Shown here: piece by piece, positions 8,900 to 18,849 of the stretch
How positions within the stretch are numbered: position 1 is the first letter of the stretch
Layout of the letters: each line of letters starts with the position of its first letter
DNA from: an uncultured cyanobacterium
Lineage (GTDB): Bacteria; Cyanobacteriota; Cyanobacteriia; Cyanobacteriales; Microcystaceae
NCBI GenBank assembly: GCA_963807635.1
Contig: CAWEDJ010000044.1
Span: 1-51,461 of the forward strand
Reading direction: 5' to 3'
Length of the DNA stretch: 51,461 bases
Notes under the pieces: generated by a model
What the model saw: the letters and a program-made list of their open reading frames with translations, nothing else
Told to the model about the DNA's origin: nothing
Database searches by the model: none
Position numbers and translations under genes: made by a program

Positions 8900-10425
8900 C
8901 AGCAATTCCAAATTCAGAATGTAGCTAAAGACAAAAAAAACTCAAGCTTTTTACTGGCAAGGGTTTTACCTTGAAGATTTCCAAGTAAGAAATTAAGAAG
9001 AATTGGAAGCAGCAGGAGAAAGGGGGTCATCAAGCATAAAATCTAAAAGATGATGCCAGCTTTCAAAGAGTAGATATTTGGTTAAAGAAAGAAAGTCTTG
9101 GAAGAATCCCTTACGAGTACAGCGTTGGACGCGAATCCTCTGGTAACGTTCATCAACCAAACCCAAAACCGTGTGGAAGAGAAAAGCCAGTAGATTGAGA
9201 GTGAGCAAAACGGAGGCAAGGTGTTGTTTTCCATGCCCAAAATTATGTTCTAAATGATAGCCCCGATTTTTGAGAATATTGTGATTCTCATTCTCCGTGC
9301 GCCAACGAGTCCGTCCAGCACGACAGACATCAAGAACGACTTGAGGGGTGAGAAAATGGTTGGTAATCCAACTATTGTGATGGAGGAGTTGAGCATCGGA
9401 TTCGCGGTAGACTTTTAGTTCACACCAGTTAACCAACAAAGCAGGCTGTTGCTCTCGCAGGGGGATTTGATTGAGATAACGACATTGCCAAATCTCAAAA
9501 TACTTCCCATTCCAGCGTCGGTGTTGAGTAGTTTTGAGTTCCCCGTTGGCTTCTAAATAGGCTAACCACTCATAAAGTGTGGGATGAGAAGTCGGCAAAC
9601 AGACGAAGATAAAGTTGAAGTCGTGGTCTAGACTATGCTGACAAGTCGGCTGACGACTGAACAAGTCATCCCCTAGTAGCGTTATCTTCTGCCATGCAAA
9701 CAAACTGGCATGATTACTTATCCAGCGTTTTGCCGCATTTTGCTCGCAATCCTGTTTTTCCGACCCGTCTTGAGGAGTGATAAATTCAGGAGCTAAGGAG
9801 AAAACTGATTCATGGTCTGGGGAAACAATCACTGGTAATAATGCTTGATGAAAGTAGGTGACTTTTCCCTGTTTTGACGTTTTGGTTGAACAGCATGGAC
9901 AATTGACTTTCCCTGAACTGTGATAATTTGTTCCATCCATCGCCACTAATAGATTTCCCCCCAATATCTCATAAGATTTTAGGAATCCCATGTTTCTCAA
10001 TGCTTGGTAAATCAACCCAAACAATGGGAATAGACTGCTCGCTGTTATCCCATCCACAATATTACGAATCTGCTCTACTGTCGGTATTTTGTTTAGTCCA
10101 AACAAACTTTGAGCATTATCTCGCCCACAACGACTGTTGAGTTGACGTTGGTACTCTAAAAATGACTCATTTTGCGTAAAAAAGGCGGCAAATGCACCCA
10201 ATATCGCCTCTCTTAGACTATATTTCGTTGCGTTACTCGCTGAGCGCGGGTCATCTATTTTTGCGATAACCTCGTTTAAACACTCCATGATTCCATCAAA
10301 ACTTAGGTCGGTTACTTTCATTTCACACTCTACAAAACCAGCAAAAGTTTCTCTTCTTGTTCATAGACCCCTAAATGCGAATACCATTCTGTTTTTGTTT
10401 ATACCATTTGAATTTGGAATTGCTG
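8900..10425 (-). mobile_element. Intact insertion sequence, ISNCY/IS4-like DDE type, 1526 bp
   Basis: Perfect 17-bp TIR CAGCAATTCCAAATTCA (8900-8916 / 10409-10425); 9-bp TSD CCAGAGAAA (8891-8899 / 10426-10434). Confidence 0.93.
8993..10321 (-). CDS. DDE transposase
   Basis: VAMDGT, KQDCEQNAAKRW, LGDDLF, RTRWRTENENHNILKNRGYHLEHNFGHG; fills the IS. Confidence 0.92.
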   Translation of the reverse strand: MKVTDLSFDGIMECLNEVIAKIDDPRSASNATKYSLREAILGAFAAFFTQNESFLEYQRQLNSRCGRDNAQSLFGLNKIPTVEQIRNIVDGITASSLFPLFGLIYQALRNMGFLKSYEILGGNLLVAMDGTNYHSSGKVNCPCCSTKTSKQGKVTYFHQALLPVIVSPDHESVFSLAPEFITPQDGSEKQDCEQNAAKRWISNHASLFAWQKITLLGDDLFSRQPTCQHSLDHDFNFIFVCLPTSHPTLYEWLAYLEANGELKTTQHRRWNGKYFEIWQCRYLNQIPLREQQPALLVNWCELKVYRESDAQLLHHNSWITNHFLTPQVVLDVCRAGRTRWRTENENHNILKNRGYHLEHNFGHGKQHLASVLLTLNLLAFLFHTVLGLVDERYQRIRVQRCTRKGFFQDFLSLTKYLLFESWHHLLDFMLDDPLSPAASNSS

Positions 10426-10497
10426 CCAGAGAAATATCTAAGTTCCTTGGTTTAATTCAACGATAATAAGTCTCCCTTACTGACTACAACCATTTTT

Positions 10498-10626
10498 ATG
10501 CCAAAATATACATTTACTAACTATTTTGAAAATGATGTTTTAACAAAACGCCCTTACCTCAAAAAAGAATGGTGTATTTACGTGATCGAAAATCCTATTC
10601 GCTGTGAACCTCAAGAAGATAATCGT
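10498..10626 (+). pseudogene. 5' half of a small hypothetical (toxin-like) gene cut off by IS1
   Basis: MPKYTFTNYFENDVLTKRPYLKKEWCIYVIENPIRCEPQEDNR runs directly into the IS1 end; no 3' half on the far side. Confidence 0.55.
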
Positions 10627-10649
10627 GGTGTTGCATAATAGAGATATGA

Positions 10650-11019
10650 ATGGAGGAAATCAAAATGCAATGTCCTGAGTGTAAATCTACCTATATCCGT
10701 AAAAATGGTTTCAATAAACAAGGCAAGCAAAATCATATTTGTGTGACCTGTAACCGCCAATTTATTGATAACTATGAAAAACAGAAAGGCTATGATGAAA
10801 AAACGAAGCAAGAATGCCTCACCGCTTATGTTAATGGGATGGGATTTAGAGGTATAGAACGGTTAAAAGGAGTTCATCATACGACCATAATTCACTGGGT
10901 AAAATCTGTGGGAAAATTATTACCCGAAGTCTATGCCACTGAAACAATTCCTGAAGTAGGGGAACTGGATGAATTGGAAACTTTTGTTGGCTCAAAAAAA
11001 ACAAAGTCTGGTTGTGGAC
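10650..11019 (+). CDS. IS1 transposase N-terminal part (InsA zinc ribbon + HTH) with A8C slippery site
   Basis: CPECKS...CVTCNRQF, GMGFRGIERL, ELDELETFVGSKK; AAAAAAAAC at 10994-11002. Confidence 0.85.
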
Positions 11020-11101
11020 TGAGGTGGCCCCAATAGGCTGAACAAAAATAGCGGGGAGTGAAGCTCTGAAGTTAACGGACTCCCTAACTAAAAACGTTCT
11101 C

Positions 11102-11923
11102 TCAAGTCAAATTCAAACTTTGACCGTAGACTTGCTCTGGCGTTTGATATTCTAAGGCTTGATGGAAACGTTCCTTATTATAGAAATTAAACCATTTCTT
11201 TACCTCTTCTGTCAAGTGTTTTCCATCCTCAAAGGAATAAATATAAATTAATTCGTATTTCAGAGAACGCCACAATCTTTCAATAAAAATATTGTCGTAG
11301 CAACGTCCTCTTCCATCCATACTAATTTTGATGTTTTCTTGCTTTAAACATCCTGTAAATTCCTTTGAAGTAAATTGGCTTCCTTGATCACTATTAAAGA
11401 TGTCTGGTTTGCCATAAATTAATAATGCTTCCTCCAAAGCTGACTTACAAAAATAAACATCCATCGTGTTACTCATCCTCCATGATAAGACTTTACGGCT
11501 AAACCAATCCATAATGGCGACTAGATAAAAGTGTCCTTTTCCTATTGGCAAATAGGTGATGTCGGTACACCACACTTGATTGGCTTTTTCAATGCTTAAC
11601 TCTCGTAATAAGTAAGGATAAATTTGATGCTCAGGGTTTCGTATTGTTGTTCGTTTCTTTGGGTAAATTGCTTGTATCCCCAATTGATTCATCAATCGTA
11701 TCACTCTTTTTCGATTTACCTCATAACCCAACGTATTGAGGTATACTGTCATTTTTCTACTCCCATAAAATGGTGTTTTCATATATTGCTCATCCAACAG
11801 TCTCAATAGCGTTAATTCTTCGGAACTTATTTCCTTCGGTTCGTAATAATAACTCGAACGACTTATTCCTAATAATTCACATTGACGTTGGATACACAAT
11901 TCAGGATGCTTGGGGTCTACCAA
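11102..11923 (-). CDS. IS3 transposase OrfB (rve/DDE)
   Basis: WCTDITY, FNSDQGSQF, DNIFIERLWRSLKYE. Confidence 0.93.
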   Translation of the reverse strand: MVDPKHPELCIQRQCELLGISRSSYYYEPKEISSEELTLLRLLDEQYMKTPFYGSRKMTVYLNTLGYEVNRKRVIRLMNQLGIQAIYPKKRTTIRNPEHQIYPYLLRELSIEKANQVWCTDITYLPIGKGHFYLVAIMDWFSRKVLSWRMSNTMDVYFCKSALEEALLIYGKPDIFNSDQGSQFTSKEFTGCLKQENIKISMDGRGRCYDNIFIERLWRSLKYELIYIYSFEDGKHLTEEVKKWFNFYNKERFHQALEYQTPEQVYGQSLNLT

Positions 11924-12234
11924 GGTTTTTCGGTCGGCAGCCCCAATTGTACCGACCTGTCTACTAAAAAATCTCGCTCGACTTTTAGCTTTCCTATTTG
12001 TCGATATAGTTCATCTATCTGGGTTTCAGCTTTTTCTTTTATTTCTTTTCCTTGTTTTTCTGTCTCAAAGATTTGACTAGCTTCTTCCAATATTTTTCTT
12101 TTCCATCCATTAATCATTGTTGGATGAATTTCATATTGACTGGCTAATTCAGATACCGTTTTTTCTCCTCGAATTGCTTCTAAGGCGACTTTGGCTTTGA
12201 ACTGGGCACCGTACTGTTTTTTCTTGTTGCTCAT
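11917..12234 (-). CDS. IS3 transposase OrfA (HTH)
   Basis: FKAKVALEAIRGEKTVSELASQYEIHP; LYRQIGKLKVERDFL; overlaps OrfB. Confidence 0.92.
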   Translation of the reverse strand: MSNKKKQYGAQFKAKVALEAIRGEKTVSELASQYEIHPTMINGWKRKILEEASQIFETEKQGKEIKEKAETQIDELYRQIGKLKVERDFLVDRSVQLGLPTEKPW

Positions 12235-12294
12235 AGATCTCCTGGGTTTCGATTTAGAGCTTACACTACTGTCCAGTTTTGGGGGGCCACTTCA

Positions 12295-12637
12295 GACAGC
12301 CGTTGACCACTTTAAAAAGGGAATTTTAGGTTGGGTTTTAGGAGACCACAGTAGCAAAACCTTTCGTCCCTTATGGGAATTAGTGAAATATTGGAAATGT
12401 TATTTTTATGTAACGGATGGATGGTCAGTGTATCCGTGTTTTATAGCAGAAGAAGACCATATCGTTAGTAAGACTTATATGACCAGAGTGGAGGGTGAGA
12501 ACACACGTTTAAGACATTATCTTGCCCGACTGCATCGTAAAACTTTGTGCTATTCCAAGTCAGTAGAGATGTTAGGATACTCTATCCGTTTATTAATTCA
12601 TTATCTGAAATTTCAAGAAGTACCTGTTCCCTACTGA
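12295..12637 (+). CDS. IS1 transposase C-terminal part (InsB)
   Basis: Rejoined sequence reads KVWLWTAVDHFKK...YVTDGWSVY...RVEGENTRLRHYLARLHRKTLCYSKS. Confidence 0.88.
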
Positions 12638-12661
12638 TTCATAGCTTGATTCAGCAACGCC

Positions 12662-13188
12662 TTAATTAAAAGGATGAGTTATGGATTTACTAACTTTCAA
12701 TACTTGCGGCTGAAATTATTTGCTTGTTTAAATTCGTAACTACAATTCCACACCTTAACCAGAAGAGCCGTATGTCTTGCCTCTATGCCCAAGTCATGGC
12801 TCAGATTTACTCCCTCAAAATTTTGCTCTTCTGCCTTTTCACACCAAGATTCTACCTGATCATGTTTGGTATCCCTTTTTCTAGATTTAGAAATGTTTTC
12901 AACCATTCTTCATGACTTACACCATACAATTCTATATCTTCCCAGCCTAACGCACCTCCTATTACGGCTAATACAGAAATTATTACAATACTCAAAAAAT
13001 TATGCTCTCTTCCCTGTTTGCCTCTAGGGTTTTCTAGAATCTGAAAATAGGATAGCCATCCTTCTTGGGCTTTTTGGCTTGATTTTTCTTCAATTTTTAG
13101 GTTTGATTGAGAGACTTTATTTACTTCTACTTTTTTCATCTTTTTTTGTATATCATATTACGTTAGCATTTTTCTTGCGCTTACCCTG
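12662..13188 (-). mobile_element. ISAs1-family relic: one end plus degenerate 5' transposase, truncated at IS1
   Basis: End CAGGGTAAGCGCAAGAAAA at 13188; ORF 12852-13139 ENPRGKQGREHNFLSIVIISVLAVIGGALGWEDIELYG, then stops. Confidence 0.8.
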
Positions 13189-13325
13189 ATGGCCATAACC
13201 CTTAGTCACGATTTATTCAAAACAATTATAAAGTAGATCATTAAGAAACTGCAATAAAAAAGAAATCTGGAATCAGGTAATTTAGTTATACTTGGAACAA
13301 AGACAGTAAATCGAAATAAAAACTC

Positions 13326-13784
13326 ATGGTTAATAAACTCGATATCTCAACGGATCATTGTATGATTCCTGTCCGAAAATCCCCTAAAGATTATGCCGTT
13401 TATCGGATTAGTCCAGGAGATAGCAATCGTTTGGCCATTATCTTTGATACCGCCACTGCCGATGAATCCTTGACTGTCTGTGTCGAAATTTTTGACCCCT
13501 ACGGCAAAACCCCTCCGAATCGCCATAACTTTGCTGTGGAAATGTTTTTTATTCTCAAAGGTGAGGGATTAGGGATTTGTGATGGTAAAACAATTCCCCT
13601 CAAAGCGGGTGATAGTTTGCTTGTCAGACCAACAGGAATTCATGAAATTAGAAACCTTGGAAGCAATCGTTTGTACGCACTCTGTTTTATGGTTCCCAAT
13701 GAAAATTTTTCTGAGTTAATTCGCAGTGGGATTCCTGAAGAATTGGATGAGGAAGATCTCCAGGTTTTATCTCATTTTTCTTAA
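13326..13784 (+). CDS. Cupin-domain protein
   Basis: TPPNRHNFAVEMFFILKGEG...GDSLLVRPTGIHEIRN. Confidence 0.9.
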   Translation: MVNKLDISTDHCMIPVRKSPKDYAVYRISPGDSNRLAIIFDTATADESLTVCVEIFDPYGKTPPNRHNFAVEMFFILKGEGLGICDGKTIPLKAGDSLLVRPTGIHEIRNLGSNRLYALCFMVPNENFSELIRSGIPEELDEEDLQVLSHFS

Positions 13785-13894
13785 TCGAGAATATTGTTAA
13801 TAGTTTAAAAAAATAAATCGATTGAATCTTAGCTTGATTGTTAAGCTCGATGGGCCTACCAGACCGATGAGGTAAAACAATAGGTAGTATCACT

Positions 13895-13923
13895 AAAAAA
13901 AAGGGCAGTTATTAACTACCCTT
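13895..13923 (-). terminator. Terminator belonging to the psbD 3'-end relic
   Basis: Minus strand AAGGGTAGTTAATAACTGCCCTT plus T-run; near copy of 16058-16085. Confidence 0.75.
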
Positions 13924-13948
13924 CAAATCGAAAATCAACTTAATTGAT

Positions 13949-14117
<169 letters not shown>

Positions 14118-14253
14118 TTAGTTATTATCAGGGCAATCCATTAATTAACCTGGCAAAAGTTGCGATCGCTGTCTTCTACTTCGGAAGAGTTGTCCGTATC
14201 TACTTAAAGTGATAGTTTTTATAAGCGAAAAATCTCATTTACATGATGAATTA

Positions 14254-15623
14254 TTATATTTTTTCTAGTCTGTTTTGAATTTTTGATTCTAAATCTTCCC
14301 AAGAATGCCCAAATTCATCCAAAAATAATTGCCATTTTTCTAACATAACTGGATTAGAATTAATTGTTAAATCAAATATTTCTATAAACGTACTTTCGCA
14401 ATCAATTAACTGGTTAGTATATCTACCTTTTTGATTGTGAATAGAGTCTTCCAAAAGCTTTATGACATGATTCTTCTTCTAGATAATTTTTAATTGGTTC
14501 AATGAGATTTAGGGCATTATTTCTACCACCAGCAAAGGAACCAGAATCAGTGAAAATATCTAAATTAATTGGAATTAGTTCTAAGATTCAACTCTTTTAA
14601 GTTTCCGTATTCTTTTACTTTTTCTATAAATTTTTTCTTATCTTCTGTCGCCATTGTTTTATAATTCTCCACAGCTTCTTCAGAAGTCATTTCACCAAGA
14701 AATACTAGTAAAGAGGTCACAAAGAAGTATGAAGAATCACTTTGTTCTAAAAAGGATTTAAATTTTTCTTTCAGTGACATGGAACAAAAAGGCCATAATT
14801 GAACGATTCTATATTTTGATAATATGCGATAAAGAAATTTATATCGATTTTCGTGGGTAGAGTCTAATAATTTAGTTAGTTTTGTCCCCTCTATTGTTTC
14901 TAAGATATTAGGATACTTTTGAAAAATAGACACAGCTACAAGAATATATCTATCAATATAATTTGTGGACTCCTGTTCTATATATAAAATATTTTTCAAT
15001 GATAACAGTAATAAATTTTCCACATACTTATCTGAATTAAATAAATGTCTTTCCCCTAAAATCTTTTTAACTCCTTCTATATCAGAGGGAAAATAATTAC
15101 TTTCAACATCACGGATTAGAGCGTCACCTGATGCTTTACCCATGATAGGAGGCTGACTGAGAACAACTTCTATTGCTGTTCTGATATGAGTTCGGGTAAG
15201 TTCTGGTGAAGGTTGAAAAAGAAGACCCTCAGAATCTAAAACAGGGTGGGCGCAGCGATGTCGATCTTTTTGAATTCTTTCTAGATGCTCATATTCTGTA
15301 TCAGTTATCATATGAATATCATCATGAGCATATCTTAAAATTTCTCTTTCCCATGATGCAATTTGCTTTTTATCAGAAGAATTTCGTATTTTATTAATTT
15401 CATCAATACTTATTTTAGCGGCATTATCCTTGTATAGTTCAGCAAGATAGCGAGTCTTTTGATAAAGATCATAAACTACTGCGATCCAAATGGAAACGAT
15501 GGCGGCCCTATATGCTTCCGCAAAATAAGAATTTACTGACTCTTGGGCATAGGCTCGAACATTAGGATCATCAATCGTTTGTACAAGTGATTCCAAATCT
15601 GCTAGTTTGCTGTATTTTGTCAT
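14254..15623 (-). CDS. HEPN-motif (RxxxxH) protein, candidate abortive-infection RNase; two apparent frameshifts near 14590 and 14475
   Basis: YRAAIVSIWIAVVYD...RIQKDRHRCAHP; reading continues DIFTDSGSFAGGRNNA and then joins ORF 14254-14454. Confidence 0.65.
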
Positions 15624-15691
15624 ATTGTTAGAAATTGAGTTGAGTTTTTTCTACGGCTACCATAGAGAGAAAATTCTATAATTGTAGATAA

Positions 15692-16006
15692 TTAAACTTG
15701 ATGGTAAAGAGAATAATCTAAATTAATTGAAGCATCCGTCATCGCATCTTCAACTGTGTCAGTCCCCAGTAACCAAATCGGATCTTCTTCTAGACTAACT
15801 TCCTGCTGAGATAAACTACTCTCAGAAGTTACATTAATAGCATTCGCCTTAACTAATTTATCCCTTAAAGCTAAAGTGACAAACTCATCTAAACTATTCG
15901 GCTTTTGAGTTTGAATAACTTCTTCTACCTTATTTAACAAATCTATCGGTAATGATAAAGTTACAGAGCGTGATATTGACATTGGAATTTCCTCAAGAAA
16001 TCTCAT
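15692..16006 (-). CDS. CopG/RHH-type antitoxin-like protein
   Basis: SVTLSLPIDLLNKVEE...SLDEFVTLAL; acidic tail DPIWLLG...DASINLDYSLY. Confidence 0.65.
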   Translation of the reverse strand: MRFLEEIPMSISRSVTLSLPIDLLNKVEEVIQTQKPNSLDEFVTLALRDKLVKANAINVTSESSLSQQEVSLEEDPIWLLGTDTVEDAMTDASINLDYSLYHQV

Positions 16007-16057
16007 AAGCTATTTTAACCATTTTTAGAGCGATCGCCGATTGCTAATTCAGCAAAT

Positions 16058-16085
16058 AAAAAAAGGGCAGCTATTAACCACCCTT
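16058..16085 (-). terminator. psbD intrinsic terminator
   Basis: Minus strand AAGGGTGGTTAATAGCTGCCCTT plus T-run. Confidence 0.8.
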
Positions 16086-16109
16086 CAAATCTAAAATCAA
16101 CTTATTAAC

Positions 16110-17169
16110 TTAGAGAGCATTACCACGAGGTAAAACTTCTTCAGGGAAAATAAAGTTTTCGTGGGGTTGATCCTGCGGAGCCATCCAAGCTCGCATTCCT
16201 TCATTTAACAAAATATTTTTGGTATAGAAGGTTTCAAATTCGGGATCTTCAGCAGCCCGTAGTTCTTGGGAAACAAAGTCATAGGCACGTAGGTTTAAAG
16301 CTAAACCAACGATACCAATGGAACTCATCCATAGGCCCGTAACAGGCACAAATAACATGAAAAAGTGTAACCAACGTTTGTTGGAGAAGGCAATACCGAA
16401 AATCTGTGACCAGAAACGGTTCGCTGTCACCATTGAGTAGGTTTCTTCCGCTTGAGTGGGTTCAAACGCACGGAAGGTATTGGCTTGATCGCTGTCTTCA
16501 AAGAGGGTGTTTTCTACGGTTGCACCATGAATAGCACAGAGTAGCGCACCGCCCAAGAATACCCGCAACTCCCATCATATGGAAGGGATTCAATGTCCAG
16601 TTGTGGAATCCTTGTAAAAACAGGATGAAACGGAAGATTCCTGCTACCCCAAAGCTGGGTGCAAAGAACCAACTGGATTGTCCCAAGGGGTACATCAAAA
16701 AGACGCTGACAAATACGGCGATGGGGCGAGAAAAGGCGATCGCGTTATAGGGACGAATGCCGACTAAACGGGAAATTTCAAATTGACGGAGCATGAAGCC
16801 AATCAATCCAAACGCACCGTGAAGAGCGACAAAGGGCCATAAACCACCGATTTGGAACCAACGGGTTAGATTTCCTTGAGCTTCGGGCCCCCAAAGGAAA
16901 AGTAGGGAGTGACCGAAGGCATCGGCGGGAGAAGAAACCGCAACGGTTAAAAAGTTAGCACCTTCGAGGTAGGAACTGGCTAAACCGTGAGTGTACCAAG
17001 AGGTTACAAAGGTCGTGCCTGTTAACCAACCACCGAGGGCCATGAAAGCGCAGGGGAATAGGAGTAACCCTGACCAACCGATAAAAACGAAACGATCGCG
17101 CTTTAGCCAGTCATCCAGGGCATCAAACCAACCTTGTTCTACTGGGGCGCGTCCGACTGCAATCGTCAT
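16110..17169 (-). CDS. psbD: Photosystem II D2 protein, monocistronic copy (no psbC); one extra G near 16553 splits the ORF
   Basis: MTIAVGRAP...[16 protein letters not shown]...[11 protein letters not shown] / [15 protein letters not shown]...[10 protein letters not shown]. Confidence 0.97.
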
Positions 17170-17281
17170 CGCACAAATCTCCGAATAATAAATAAGTACA
17201 GGATTTTAACTTCTCTTTTTGGGTTTAACGCCACTGACTGAGATATTCAGAAGCAGAAGTTTAGACCAAATGTGAGAAATC

Positions 17282-17306
17282 GTTACTTTTCTTAACTTAC
17301 ACTATA
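17282..17306 (-). promoter_or_regulatory. Putative psbD -10 box with adjacent HLR1-like direct repeat
   Basis: Minus-strand TATAGT at 17301-17306; GTTACTTT-TC-TTAACT at 17282-17297 loosely resembles the RpaB HLR1 repeat. Confidence 0.35.
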
Positions 17307-17440
17307 TTAAGGGAAATGAGGAAAGGTTTCTACCCCAATTCTTAACAAAACCTAAAATTTTATCTGTAGGTTAAGGAGACGGGGATCAGGGATAATGCCA
17401 GATAACCTCATCCATCGCGTCTTTTATTGTCGGAGTATCC

Positions 17441-17716
17441 ATGATTAGTGTTAATGTCACGTTGAAGTATTCGCCCATGCCCGTTTCTGTAGAACGTAAA
17501 GAAACCGTTGATGCCGAAGCCCTCTATGCCCAAATTACGACCGCGATGCGATCGCCGACTCCAGAGCTTTTAGAACTCACCTGTGAAAAGCAAACAGAAA
17601 AAAAGGTCGCCATTATGAGTGATCAAATTAGTGCGGTCATCCTTTCTCAGAAAGATGGTTCTAACGCGGCGGGAAAAACCCCAGGATTTTTTAACTTGGC
17701 CCAAACAGAAGTCTAG
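17441..17716 (+). CDS. Conserved cyanobacterial UPF0367-like protein
   Basis: LKYSPMPVSVERKE...LELTCEKQTEKKVAI...PGFF. Confidence 0.75.
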   Translation: MISVNVTLKYSPMPVSVERKETVDAEALYAQITTAMRSPTPELLELTCEKQTEKKVAIMSDQISAVILSQKDGSNAAGKTPGFFNLAQTEV

Positions 17717-17774
17717 TCTGTCCCAATTTAGTCAGGGGGTGATGGCGGGCAAACCATTGATTCGTCATGTCAGT

Positions 17775-17795
17775 AAGGGGCCTAAGCCCCTTTTT
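17775..17795 (+). terminator. Intrinsic terminator
   Basis: AAGGGGC-CTAA-GCCCCTT-TTT. Confidence 0.7.
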
Positions 17796-17950
17796 AAGTA
17801 ACCGCAGGAATTAAGCCACTTCTGATGTTTAATTTGATAACTATCTCCGTAACATTTCTGTAACCATCTCCGTATAAACCGATACTCCTTAAGCAGACCG
17901 TTTAACACTGGCTCAAACCATGCTCGAAAACCAAAACGTCTCTGTATATA

Positions 17951-17965
17951 CCGAGGGGTAATACA
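17951..17965 (+). promoter_or_regulatory. Putative SigF-type -10 element upstream of sigF
   Basis: GGGTAA at 17956-17961, the motif used by cyanobacterial SigF promoters. Confidence 0.45.
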
Positions 17966-18070
17966 AACGCGATCGCGAGATTTCCGTAGAATGCCGATAG
18001 TACCAACGAAGAGAGACACGCACAATAAGATTTATACAAAGTCTTGGAATCAATTTGGACACTAGCAACT

Positions 18071-18838
18071 ATGGTCGCTCAATATTCCCCTTTACGTTGT
18101 CTAGAACTTTTCTCTCGTTATCACCGTAATCCCTCCTTAAAATTACGCAATCAATTGGTACAGCTAAACGCAGGGTTGGTTCGCCAGGTTGCCTATCGCC
18201 TCAGTCGGCAGTGCGTCGAACCCTACGAAGATTTGGAGCAGGTCGGTTATCTAGGTTTGATCCGCGCGGTTGAGAGATTTAATCCCCATCAGGGAACTGC
18301 CTTTAGTTCTTTTGCTATTCCTTACGTTCGGGGGGAAATTCTGCACCATCTTCGAGATAAATCTAGCGTGCTAAGGATTCCTCGACGTTGGCAAGAACTT
18401 TATACCAAAGGAAAAAATATTCGTAAACAATTACATCTCCGTTTAGGCAGACCCGCCAAAGAAGCAGAAGTTGCTCAAGAATTATCGATTTCCTTAGATG
18501 AATGGAAAGAATGCCAGTCTATTCTGCAAAATCGCGCCCTGATCAGCTTAGATATTAATATTTCCCATTCGGCTGATTATTCTCTCACGATCGCAGAAAC
18601 CATTGCAGATGTGCAAATCCAAGTCAAACAAGGTCTAGAAGAAGACCGCTTGCAACTTCAGGGCGCGATTAATCAGTTGGAAGACCGTACCAAAGCGGCG
18701 ATCGAATCCGTATATTTACGCGAGTTACCCCGCAAGGAAGCGGCCAAGGAAATTGGCATCAGTCCCATGACCGTTACTCGTCATTTGAATAAAGGTTTAG
18801 AACAGCTGGGTTTATTGCTCCAATGTCAGGCGGCTTAG
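18071..18838 (+). CDS. sigF: Group 3 sigma factor SigF
   Basis: LRNQLVQLNAGLV, EDLEQVGYLGLIRAVERF, FAIPYVRGEI.H.LRD, region 4 HTH; ATG at 18071. Confidence 0.92.
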   Translation: MVAQYSPLRCLELFSRYHRNPSLKLRNQLVQLNAGLVRQVAYRLSRQCVEPYEDLEQVGYLGLIRAVERFNPHQGTAFSSFAIPYVRGEILHHLRDKSSVLRIPRRWQELYTKGKNIRKQLHLRLGRPAKEAEVAQELSISLDEWKECQSILQNRALISLDINISHSADYSLTIAETIADVQIQVKQGLEEDRLQLQGAINQLEDRTKAAIESVYLRELPRKEAAKEIGISPMTVTRHLNKGLEQLGLLLQCQAA

Positions 18839-18849
18839 GGTCTGTTTTT

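Larger units (their letters stand above)
11020..12294 (-). mobile_element. IS3-family element, 1275 bp, nested in IS1
   Basis: TG...CA ends with imperfect TIRs TGAGGTGGCCCCAATAGGCTGAACA / TGAAGTGGCCCCCCAAAACTGGACA; 3-bp TSD GAC (11017-11019 / 12295-12297). Confidence 0.93.
10627..12661 (+). mobile_element. IS1-family element interrupted by an IS3 element
   Basis: Imperfect TIRs GGTGTTGCATAATAGAGATATGAAT / GGCGTTGCTGAATCAAGCTATGAAT; InsA and InsB-like ORFs; flanks do not match (no TSD). Confidence 0.88.

Noticed and set aside
16110..17169. psbD as a true pseudogene or split gene
   Set aside because: Single extra G in a short G-run, protein otherwise near-canonical, and similar indels affect many genes; error is more likely
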